Shown here one piece after another: positions 37,088 to 45,469 of a DNA stretch of 64,000 nucleotides. Every line of letters begins with the position of its first letter. The first letter of the stretch is position 1. The notes beneath the pieces were generated by a model that saw nothing but the letters and a program-made list of their open reading frames with translations, had not been told where the DNA came from and ran no database searches. Source of the DNA: Candidatus Bathyarchaeota archaeon BA2 (GTDB lineage Archaea; Thermoproteota; Bathyarchaeia; Bathyarchaeales; Bathyarchaeaceae); the NCBI GenBank assembly GCA_001399795.1, contig LIHK01000056.1, positions 5,773 to 69,772 on the forward strand, read 5' to 3'. Both the position numbers and the translations under genes were made by a program.

Positions 37088-38005
37088 TCAAAAGCTCTTG
37101 TGGGCTAAACCCACAATCTCCTTCACATTCCCAAAACCCTTCTTCTTAACATAAGCGTCAATTCCCCTAGCCACAGACTTGAAGACTCCAAGCCCCTTAA
37201 AAGCAATTGCTGTTCCAATCTGAACCGCTGAAGCCCCAGCCAACATAAACTCCGCAGCATCTCGCCAAGTAGTTATTCCCCCACAGCCGATAACCGGAAC
37301 ATCAACCTCACGGTAAACCTCATACACGCACCTTACGGCAATGGGCTTTATAGCAGGACCAGACAACCCGCCAATCCTGTTCGCCAAAAGAGGCCTAGCG
37401 GTTTCAATTTCGATGGCCATAGCCCTAACCGTGTTAATAGCTACTATGGCATCCGCACCCGCTTCAACAGCAGCCCTAGCTATTTCAGCAATGTTAGCAA
37501 CGTTTGGAGTCAACTTCACGAAAACCGGCTTGCCCACCTTCTTCTTAACTTCCCTCACAACTTCCGCCACCAAATCCAGATCGCTTCCAATCTCTGCTCC
37601 CATTTCTTCAACATGGGGACAAGACACGTTCAATTCTAAGGCGTCTGCTCCCGCCCCAGCCGCAACCTTAGCCACTTCAGCAAAGTCTCCAGATGAAAAA
37701 CCGTAGACGCTTACAATAATTGGAACCCCAGCCTCCTTTGCTTCTCTTATCTCCTCACCAAAATGATGAATGCCAGGGTTTGGAAGCCCGATGGCGTTGA
37801 GTAAGCCGCATTCAACCTGAACCACGGTTGGGTTGGGATAGCCTTCCCGCGGTTTTAGCCCCACCGACTTCGTAACAACGGCGCCAGCGCCAGCCTCAAC
37901 TACGCTTCTTAAGGATGACCCAGTCAACCCGAGAATCCCAGCGGCGAGCATCGTGGGATTGGCAAGCTTTAGTCCAGCTATTTCTGTAACGAGTCGCCCC
38001 GACAC
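37088..38005 (-). CDS. pyrD: Dihydroorotate dehydrogenase catalytic subunit (class 1B)
   Basis: 305 aa. NPTMLAAG, ELNVSCPH, TPNV, NTV, GGLSGP and GCGGI motifs. Confidence 0.9.
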   Translation of the reverse strand: MSGRLVTEIAGLKLANPTMLAAGILGLTGSSLRSVVEAGAGAVVTKSVGLKPREGYPNPTVVQVECGLLNAIGLPNPGIHHFGEEIREAKEAGVPIIVSVYGFSSGDFAEVAKVAAGAGADALELNVSCPHVEEMGAEIGSDLDLVAEVVREVKKKVGKPVFVKLTPNVANIAEIARAAVEAGADAIVAINTVRAMAIEIETARPLLANRIGGLSGPAIKPIAVRCVYEVYREVDVPVIGCGGITTWRDAAEFMLAGASAVQIGTAIAFKGLGVFKSVARGIDAYVKKKGFGNVKEIVGLAHKSF

Positions 38006-38088
38006 CTAGGGGACACCTCTTGTTGCAGTAAATGTTATCCACTAGCAAGATAAATGTTAAGAGGAAACACTGAGATGGAGGAAGCTGG

Positions 38089-39306
38089 GTGAAAGCAACT
38101 ATCGTAGAATGCGTGATGGGTGTTCTCAGCTTCGGAGAAGCCAACGAACTTCTCGACAAAGTTTTCTTCCCAAAGAATCCGCTGGAAATAGCGGAAAGGC
38201 TTGGAAAAATAGAAGCCGGAAAGGTTATTGAAGAAATAGCTACTTTGATTGAAAAACTGCAAGAAAAGGGTTACACAACCTTTGTTTTTGAAAGTTTGGA
38301 GATGGCTCGAAACGCCCGCGAAAAGCTAAACATTGAAGTAGATGTAGAGAGGCCCTCGGAGGCTGGTGAGCTGCTTCGTGGAAACCTTGAAAATTTTGCT
38401 GTTGACTTGGGGTTCGTAAAGCGGGCGGATCAGCTTCATGAATGGATTCACAATGTTTCTATGGAACTCGCTAAGGTAAGGGTGATGAGGGCTGTTGAAA
38501 AGCGAGATTTGTTGGTGGTTCAGGCTATTCAAACCATTGACGACTTGGACAAGACGCTGAATCTTTTCATGAGCAGGGTCCGCGAGTGGTATGGACTCCA
38601 CTTTCCAGAACTAGATCGTCTGATAGACAAACACGAAACATACGCGCGCCTTATCCTTAACTTTGGAAAAAGGGACAATTTTACTGTAGAAAACCTAGAG
38701 AAAGAGGGGTTACCGAAAGCTAAAACCGAACAGATAGCCGAAGCCGCCAAAGCTTCGATGGGAGCTGAACTCAGCGAAGAAGACATAAACCAAATGCAAG
38801 CCATGTGCAGAAACACGCTCGGGCTCTACGATGCGCGGCAGTCGCTGGAAAAGTATGTTGACACGATGATGAACGAGGTTGCGCCCAACACCCGTGCCTT
38901 GGTTGGTTCCCTTCTTGGAGCTAGACTCATAGCGCTTGCAGGTGGATTAAACAATCTAGCTAAGTTGCCAGCGAGCACACTTCAGGTTTTGGGTGCTGAA
39001 AAAGCCCTGTTTAGGTCGCTCAGGACAGGGGCTCGCCCCCCCAAGCATGGAATAATTTTTCAGCATTCCCTTATTCACGAAGCGAAACGGTGGCAGAGGG
39101 GGAAGGTTGCTCGGGCTTTGGCTGGAAAGTTGGCTATAGCCGCTCGAATCGACGCCTTCAGCGGCAAGTACGTGGGAGACAAGTTGACGGCTGGTCTCGA
39201 GAAAAGAATTGAGGAAGTCAAAGAAAAGTATGGGGAGCCTCCTCCTCCCAAGAAGCTTCCAGTCCAGAAGCGTCCTAGGAGAATGAAACGTGGCCGTAGA
39301 CGTTAA
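38089..39306 (+). CDS. nop5: C/D box RNP protein Nop5 (Nop56/58)
   Basis: NOSIC/Nop domain (REWYGLHFPEL...AEKALFR...PKHGIIFQH) and a K/R-rich tail. Directly upstream of fibrillarin and overlapping it. Confidence 0.9.
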   Translation: MKATIVECVMGVLSFGEANELLDKVFFPKNPLEIAERLGKIEAGKVIEEIATLIEKLQEKGYTTFVFESLEMARNAREKLNIEVDVERPSEAGELLRGNLENFAVDLGFVKRADQLHEWIHNVSMELAKVRVMRAVEKRDLLVVQAIQTIDDLDKTLNLFMSRVREWYGLHFPELDRLIDKHETYARLILNFGKRDNFTVENLEKEGLPKAKTEQIAEAAKASMGAELSEEDINQMQAMCRNTLGLYDARQSLEKYVDTMMNEVAPNTRALVGSLLGARLIALAGGLNNLAKLPASTLQVLGAEKALFRSLRTGARPPKHGIIFQHSLIHEAKRWQRGKVARALAGKLAIAARIDAFSGKYVGDKLTAGLEKRIEEVKEKYGEPPPPKKLPVQKRPRRMKRGRRR

Positions 39307-39988
39307 GCCGCACCCACGGTTTCCAGGAGTTTACTGGGCTTCTTTAGAGGATGGTTCCAGAAGACTAGCCACAGCAAACCTTATTCCAGGGAAGAGTGTT
39401 TACGGTGAGCGACTGGTCAGGTTTAGGGGTGAAGAATACAGGCTTTGGGACCCTTATAGGAGCAAGTTTGCTGCTTCCATTTTGAAGAGTCTGGAAGCTG
39501 TTCCTATCCAACCTAACCATAAAGTTTTGTACTTGGGAGCCGCTTCTGGAACAACGGCGAGTCACGTTTCTGACATTGTCGGGGAGAAGGGTCATGTCTA
39601 TTGCGTAGAATTTGCTGCTCGCGTCATCAGAGAGTTGGTTAACAACGTTTGTGCCTTTCGCTCTAACATGTCGCCTGTATTGGCGGATGCACGTCTGCCG
39701 GAGCGTTACTCGACGCTGGTGGGGAAGGTGGACGACGTTTACTGTGATATAGCTCAGCCTGAGCAGGCTAGGGTTTTGGCGGACAATGCTGATTTGTTTC
39801 TTGTGGATGGTGGTTGGGTTATGTTGGCGGTTAAGGCTCAGAGCATAGATGTTACGAGGGAGCCCTCTGAAATATATGAACAAGAGATAAACATTATGAA
39901 GGTCCGTGGGTTTCGTGTCAGCGAGGTTGTTCACCTGGAACCTTATGATAAGGCGCACGCCATGATTGTGGCAAAGAAAGAAACTTAA
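39290..39988 (+). CDS. flpA: Fibrillarin (rRNA/tRNA 2'-O-methyltransferase)
   Basis: YRLWDPYRSKFAA, VLYLGAASGTTASHVSDIV, and DIAQPEQA. Confidence 0.95.
   Translation: MAVDVKPHPRFPGVYWASLEDGSRRLATANLIPGKSVYGERLVRFRGEEYRLWDPYRSKFAASILKSLEAVPIQPNHKVLYLGAASGTTASHVSDIVGEKGHVYCVEFAARVIRELVNNVCAFRSNMSPVLADARLPERYSTLVGKVDDVYCDIAQPEQARVLADNADLFLVDGGWVMLAVKAQSIDVTREPSEIYEQEINIMKVRGFRVSEVVHLEPYDKAHAMIVAKKET
39806..39983 (+). repeat. Direct repeat copy 1 (fibrillarin 3' end, 178 bp)
   Basis: Identical to 40599-40777 apart from one extra G in copy 2. Checked base by base. Confidence 0.95.
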
Positions 39989-40033
39989 AAAGGAAGAAAC
40001 ATGCTTCTCTTATTTATCAAGTAAGGTGATCAA

Positions 40034-40240
40034 ATGAGCGTAACGGTCAGCAAAACTCAGTTGAAACAGGTGCTAGATAAATTGGACTCGGTGAGACTCG
40101 AACTTTTGAGGCTCAGAGCAACACTTCTTCCTCAAGAAGAGCCAAGCAAAGAGGATGCAAAAAAACTTGAAGAGGCCCGAAAAGAAATAGCAAAAGGCGT
40201 GAGCATAAACCTCGAGGACCTAATCAAAGAGTTAGGCTGA
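40034..40240 (+). CDS. Antitoxin-like small protein (partner of RelE)
   Basis: 68 aa, helical, located 8 nt upstream of the RelE-like gene. Confidence 0.55.
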   Translation: MSVTVSKTQLKQVLDKLDSVRLELLRLRATLLPQEEPSKEDAKKLEEARKEIAKGVSINLEDLIKELG

Positions 40241-40247
40241 CCCAACG

Positions 40248-40511
40248 TTGTTTCAGGTTATTCTTTCTCAGAAAGCCAGAAAATCTATCAAAAAACTCCC
40301 TAAATATTACAAGCGAAGAATCATAGAGTTACTTTTAATTTTTCGTGAGAATCCTGTTCCAGCTGAATACTACGATATAAAGAAGCTTAAGGGATATCTT
40401 GATGCATACAGAGCAAGAATAGGGGATGTCCGAGTTATCTACGAAATTCTCTGGGATGAGAAAAAAGTTAATGTACTGCTAATCGAGCCAAGAGAAAGAG
40501 CCTACCTCTAA
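40248..40511 (+). CDS. relE: RelE/ParE-family toxin
   Basis: KKLPKYYKRRI...YRARIGDVRVIYEILWDEKKVNVLLIEPRERAY, the typical RelE/StbE layout. Confidence 0.75.
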   Translation: MFQVILSQKARKSIKKLPKYYKRRIIELLLIFRENPVPAEYYDIKKLKGYLDAYRARIGDVRVIYEILWDEKKVNVLLIEPRERAYL

Positions 40512-40598
40512 AACTATTCAGTGCGTAACGTGATTGTAGAGCTTAGAAAATATAGGATAAGAAGACTCTAAACAGTAGCCTGTTTAATCAATTCTTTT

Positions 40599-40777
40599 AG
40601 ATGGTGGTTGGGTTATGTTGGCGGTTAAGGCTCAGAGCATAGATGTTACGAGGGAGCCCTCTGAAATATATGAACAAGAGATAAACATTATGAAGGTCCG
40701 TGGGTTTCGTGTCAGCGAGGTTGTTCACCTGGAACCTTATGATAAGGCGCACGCCATGATTGTGGCAAAGAAAGAAA
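40599..40777 (+). repeat. Direct repeat copy 2 (displaced fibrillarin 3' end, 179 bp)
   Basis: Same as 39806-39983 with GG changed to GGG at about 40619-40621. The end diverges (..KKENI* versus ..KKET*). Confidence 0.95.
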
Positions 40778-41011
40778 ACATCTAATGAAGTCGTAAAAAA
40801 CTACTAGAATTTGGAAGAAACAAACGTTACTTGAGGTAATAAGTTGTAAATTTTCCCCCATCTAAGCTCAATTGTTTTCTGTCCAGTTCTTATCCATTCA
40901 AAGGCTTTTTTATTAACCATGAACAGGGGCATTAATGCATCACCAAAGTTTATCTCTATGATGAAAATTTATAGATTGAAGAGTAAGCAACAAAAATAGA
41001 TGTGATGTTAG

Positions 41012-41250
41012 TTGTCTGGTCAGATTACACCTGAAGATTTAGCTAAGGCTGAAGACGTTGACTTTGAACAAGAAAAGGAACATTGGAACACATACAAACT
41101 AAAAGATGGGACTACTCTAATGGTGAAACTGGTTCTTGTTGGAGTAAAAAACTGAGAAAATGGAATCCCGATGGAAGTCCAGTTTACGTGATTAACTCTC
41201 AAAACGTAGTGCGAGTAACTAATGTGCCAAAGGAATTGAAAGAAAAATAG
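41012..41250 (+). pseudogene. Small ORF (about 79 aa) interrupted at an A_AAA_AAC heptamer
   Basis: ...KDGTTLMVKLVLVGVKN stops at TGA 41153. The -1 frame continues KKLRKWNPDGSPVYVINSQNVVRVTNVPKELKEK*. The heptamer at 41146-41152 is phased X_XXY_YYZ. Confidence 0.4.
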
Positions 41251-41448
41251 CCAGAGAAACGACATTCAAACCAGTGTAGTGATCATAGCTGGTGTAACTT
41301 CGATCTTCCTCATAAAGTGCCGATATTTGTTCATGGAATTTCATCTTAATGTGAGAAATGTGGAAAAAGTTATAGCAGAACCAAAAGAACTAATTAAAAT
41401 CTCAAAATCTTTAGCACCACTAGAAATGATACATCAGCTGTTCATCAG

Positions 41449-41509
41449 TGACTGCAAATGCGCTTGAATGTTGAACTATATAAAGAGAAACTAGGGGGTC
41501 TATCTACAG
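41449..41509 (-). repeat. Unit of the dispersed intergenic repeat family (reverse orientation)
   Basis: The reverse complement reads CTGTAGATAGACCCCCTAGTTTCTCTTTATATAGTTCAACATTCAAGCGCATTTGCAGTCAC. Confidence 0.75.
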
Positions 41510-41621
41510 CGCGCGCGGCGACAGGTCTTTTGTCTCTCGAAGGAAAAATTTGTTGTGAGACAAAGGTGAGGTACCCCTCCATCCATTTTCACAGCAGTTA
41601 CGGTTTTCAGAAAAATATTGT

Positions 41622-41658
41622 TGTTTTCAACATTCTTCTGTTATTAGGATCCAAATAG
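41622..41658 (+). repeat. 37-bp perfect repeat, copy 2
   Basis: Identical to 20581-20617. Confidence 0.9.
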
Positions 41659-41793
41659 GCAAGAAAAAGGGGAGCCCGCGGGGGACATCTCCACTAAAAG
41701 CTGAAACCTGTATTTTGGATTCATATTTTGGATTCATAAGTTAGTTAAAGGCAAAAGCCCATCACACATCCATAATCAGATGGAGAAACAAAA

Positions 41794-41976
41794 ATGGAAA
41801 AATCTCTATCCCCTCAAAAGCGTAAAAAACTTCAAAGGATGGTTATGGAAGCCTTCAAAGAAGAAATAAAAACCCTGCCCGCCGAACTCCGATACATCCT
41901 AACAGACGACTTAGTGACAGCTTTCCAAAACAGAATAACCATATTCCAGAGAATCCAAACAAAAACAAGCCTCTAA
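41794..41976 (+). CDS. Hypothetical small protein (60 aa)
   Basis: ORF only. Confidence 0.3.
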   Translation: MEKSLSPQKRKKLQRMVMEAFKEEIKTLPAELRYILTDDLVTAFQNRITIFQRIQTKTSL

Positions 41977-42061
41977 TCGGAATCGGAAGAAAAAACCTTA
42001 GTCTAAATCCATAAATGATATATACTCACTAGACAAAAATAAACTTAAAAGGGGCATACCT

Positions 42062-42358
42062 ATGCGAAGATCCAAACTTGAGATGTACATCGACATCCTC
42101 AAAGTTCTGGCCCACAGAGGCCCCCTTAAACTAACCCACATTATGTACAAAGCCAACGTAAACTGCAGCGTTCTCAAGCAATACTTAGATTTCCTCATAA
42201 AACAAAACCTAGTAGAAGAAAAAACCATAGGCAAAAAAAGAATAGTATACGGCATCACAGAAAGAGGCATAACAGTTCTCAAATACTTTAGAGAACTAAA
42301 AGTTATGCTCCCAGCTCTAGAAGAAGAAATCGCCAAAATCCCCCCAAGCCTATACTAG
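42062..42358 (+). CDS. Winged-helix DNA-binding protein
   Basis: SKLEMYIDILKVLAHRGPLKLTHIMYKANVNCSVLKQYLDFLIKQNLVEE...YGITERG pattern. Confidence 0.6.
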   Translation: MRRSKLEMYIDILKVLAHRGPLKLTHIMYKANVNCSVLKQYLDFLIKQNLVEEKTIGKKRIVYGITERGITVLKYFRELKVMLPALEEEIAKIPPSLY

Positions 42359-42513
42359 CCAAACCACCCACTTCCCATCCCCTTCCACTTCTGCAACCAA
42401 ACATGCAAGCAACAATTTTTTTCGAGAATATAGACTAGTATGTCGTAAGATTTAAGAAGCGCTGTCTCCCTACAATACTGTAGACCCGTCAAACACATCG
42501 AGGGTTCCCAACC

Positions 42514-42906
42514 ATGACAGTGTACAAGGGAAGGTTAGAAGGGAAATCCGCCAGAATATTGGAGAAAATAAAAGAAGGCCTTGACCGCCTCAACGAAAAA
42601 ATTGACGTGATGATCGAAATTCAGAGGCATAACCGAAAAGAAAGCCAAACCATACCAGACGTACTAGACGTAATGACCCTCCTTTCCCTGCCCGATCACC
42701 TGAGAAAAACAGCCGTGACCCTTTGTAGGCTCGGTCAAGCAACAGCCGATGAAGTCGCCGGACAAACAAAACGGGCAAGGGCTGTTGAAAGCGGCTACCT
42801 CAATCAGCTGGTAATAATGGGGTACTTAAAAAAGGAGAGGAGGGGACGCAAGGCCTACTTTTATGTTGAAAAGGAGGCTGAGGGTAACACATGGGAAAAA
42901 TCATAG
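42514..42906 (+). CDS. Winged-helix protein overlapping the ParA/MinD-like gene
   Basis: C-terminal wHTH-like LCRLGQATADEVAGQTKRARAVESGYLNQLVIMGYLKKERRGRKAYF. It overlaps the next gene by 16 nt. Confidence 0.5.
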   Translation: MTVYKGRLEGKSARILEKIKEGLDRLNEKIDVMIEIQRHNRKESQTIPDVLDVMTLLSLPDHLRKTAVTLCRLGQATADEVAGQTKRARAVESGYLNQLVIMGYLKKERRGRKAYFYVEKEAEGNTWEKS

Positions 42907-43678
42907 CCCTCCACTCATACAAAGGCGGAACAGGAAAAACGCTGCTATCAGTCAATCTAGCAGCAACATACGTTAGAAGAGGAAAAAACATTTGCCTCCT
43001 AGACCTAGATTTTCGCGCCCCAAGTCTCCATGCAGTTTTCAAAACCAACGACGCAGAATATTGGTTAAACGATTACCTAAACGGCGTCTGTGAAATTGAC
43101 AAGGTTTTGACTGATGTTGCTGAAAAGCATGGTAGAAGCGGGAGGTTTTTGGTTGGGCTGGCAAATCCAGCCACTGAAGCTATTAGAGAGATGTCTGCGA
43201 AGGATAGAAAGTGGGAAATGAGGGCTCTGGGTAGGCTCTTATCGCTTAAGACAGCTCTTCTTAACAATATGCATCTTGACAGCGTTATTTTTGACACAAG
43301 TCCTGGGCTTCAATACTCGTCTATAAATGCCATCGTTAGCGCCGACATTATCTTGGTGGTAACAAGCCTTGACATATCTGACATCCAGGAACCCGAAGGA
43401 TGACCCGTGAACTCTACACTCTTTTCGAGAAGAAAACTGGAATTTTGATGAACAAGGTGTCCACCGAGATCCTAGCATCCAAGAAAGAAAAAGAGAAATT
43501 CTATAAACACTTTAACAGCGTACATAAGCTTCCCATCTTAGAGGCTATTCCCTGCTTCTGCGACGTACTCCGGGCAGGAGGAACATACATATTCGCAGAG
43601 GAAAAACCAGAACACCCATTCACTAAGATCCTAGACAAATTAGCCACAAAAATCGAACACTTTTGCGTTTTGAGTTAA
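42891..43678 (+). CDS. MinD/ParA-family ATPase, frameshifted at about 43388
   Basis: Deviant Walker A KGGTGKT. ORF1 ends ...DISDIQEPEG*. The other frame continues GTRRMTRELYTLFEKKTGILMNKV. A single missing base in the GG run at 43388-43389 would join them into about 262 aa. Confidence 0.75.
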
Positions 43679-44016
43679 CGCTAATCTGTTAGACGCTTGC
43701 TCCGCTGACCGGTCGGTGAAACTCGCAATCTGGCAATAAAAAATTATTTCTTCCAAGGTTTTCCACTAGTTTTTCCGGCATTTTTCCAAGGTTTCCTTGG
43801 ATTATTTGAACCGCACAGAGGTGAGCCCTCCACAAGGTTTGTCTCTAGGCAAGGGCCTTTTTTCTACCAGAATAGTTTTCAACTTGTTGTTTGCGCATGT
43901 TTTAGCCGCGGTGGTCCCACTTGGGCCTGCTCAATAACCGCAACATCAAACATCATTTGTTTGTTCTACCTGTAACAATTGAAGTGTATGTTACCTTAAG
44001 TGTTGTTCTGGAAGTG

Positions 44017-45165
44017 CTATTTCTCTATATATTTTTCCCTAACTTTCTTCGCCGCCTCCACATAATTTCTAAGTCGCCTAAGCTCAATCTTCCTTTCAGG
44101 CAAAGTTTCAGGAGCGTACATTAAAGGCAAAACCGCTAAGAATAGGAAAAAGCTGGCTAACGAAAATGCTGCAGAGACATCGATTAGTTTAGTGTAAGGT
44201 GTGAATAGTATTTCTATGTAGCTTGAAATGAGAAAGGGTAATATGCCTATCAAGTAGTATTTTTCTTTGATTCGGTTTCCAGCTAGTTCTGACCATATAA
44301 CCAGATAGAAAATCAGTGAAAAGATTCCCCACGCAACGCCGTCTAGGATGATATACAAATACCAAGAAAGAATGCTTTGAAAAAGCCCTAACACAGCATA
44401 CCCGATTCCCAGCGTTATGAAGCCGACGATAACTATTCGTTTTCGACCAACTGAATCAGCGAACCAACCGCCCATTAATGCAGCAAAACTGCCAATTCCG
44501 TATTCTGCGATTGGCACAAATGAGGCAAAGTCTTCGCCCAAAAGAAAATTTACTACCGGTCTTTCAAGAAAATTTATCAGGCAGAACATAACCCATGGAA
44601 CGAGATACAGGAGGAAAGATCTGGCAAGCAAAACTGATCTGTAGGAGACGTCAGTCATAGTTTCTTTGTGATAGTCTTGTTTTGATCGGGCAAGAAGAAA
44701 TAAGAACAAGCCAATTCCTCTCCACGCAGCCAGTATTAATGCACCAACCACTAGAGTGGAGAAACTTAAGATCAAATCAATGAAAAGAGTGCAGAGACCC
44801 GATGCAAAAAACGTGATCCCTGCTAACCATCCTCTATTTTCCACGGTACTATGATCTCCGAAATATGCGAGGCAAGAGGGAAAACCCGATCCTAACGAAA
44901 ACCCCAAAAGAAAAGAAACTAGTAAAATATATGTTATATTAAACGTCTTCAACGTAACCATTAATGTAGGGGCTATGCTCCCAACGAACATCCAAACAGC
45001 CAGAAATGCATCGCGACTTGGAAATCTCTTCACCAAAGCCGCGCCTACTATTGCAAAACCAACAGCCGCCGCACAATGAACTCCGAATGCTGCTAACAAA
45101 AAATTGTATCCTATTTGAAATTTTCCTAAAGCACTCTCAAAAAAATGTACAGGGGAAAATACCAT
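44017..45165 (-). CDS. MFS-type transporter
   Basis: 382 aa with about 12 hydrophobic helices and DSVGRKR between TM helices. Confidence 0.7.
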   Translation of the reverse strand: MVFSPVHFFESALGKFQIGYNFLLAAFGVHCAAAVGFAIVGAALVKRFPSRDAFLAVWMFVGSIAPTLMVTLKTFNITYILLVSFLLGFSLGSGFPSCLAYFGDHSTVENRGWLAGITFFASGLCTLFIDLILSFSTLVVGALILAAWRGIGLFLFLLARSKQDYHKETMTDVSYRSVLLARSFLLYLVPWVMFCLINFLERPVVNFLLGEDFASFVPIAEYGIGSFAALMGGWFADSVGRKRIVIVGFITLGIGYAVLGLFQSILSWYLYIILDGVAWGIFSLIFYLVIWSELAGNRIKEKYYLIGILPFLISSYIEILFTPYTKLIDVSAAFSLASFFLFLAVLPLMYAPETLPERKIELRRLRNYVEAAKKVREKYIEK

Positions 45166-45469
45166 GAAAAAGCATTTACAACAACAATAAAGACAGCAAG
45201 AAAGTCTCTCTGCAAGAGAACGGTGCTTATGGCAAGTTTTCTAACCATTCTCTTACAACCCAATTCTCTATACTACATTAGAAAGATAAAATGTTTGCCA
45301 ATGCAGGTCCAGTTTGCGTAAAGACATTGAGAAAAACTGTGTTTGTGTTCAACAAAACTTATAGGTAACTGTAGAACAAAAATACAATTGGTGATGAGCT
45401 ATGGCCGAGAAGAAAGAAAAGAAAGCAAAGCCAATACGCTTGTATGCTGTTTAGGTTTGTCATATAGTA

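Noticed and set aside
39365-39958. Long antisense ORFs inside fibrillarin. Similar ones lie at 10046-10630 and 10733-11137 in lhr, 25346-25846 in egsA, 28932-29825 in the deacetylase/AOR genes, and 46900-47475.
   Set aside because: Each is fully nested opposite a gene with strong motif support, and each has an odd composition (basic or proline-rich, no motifs).
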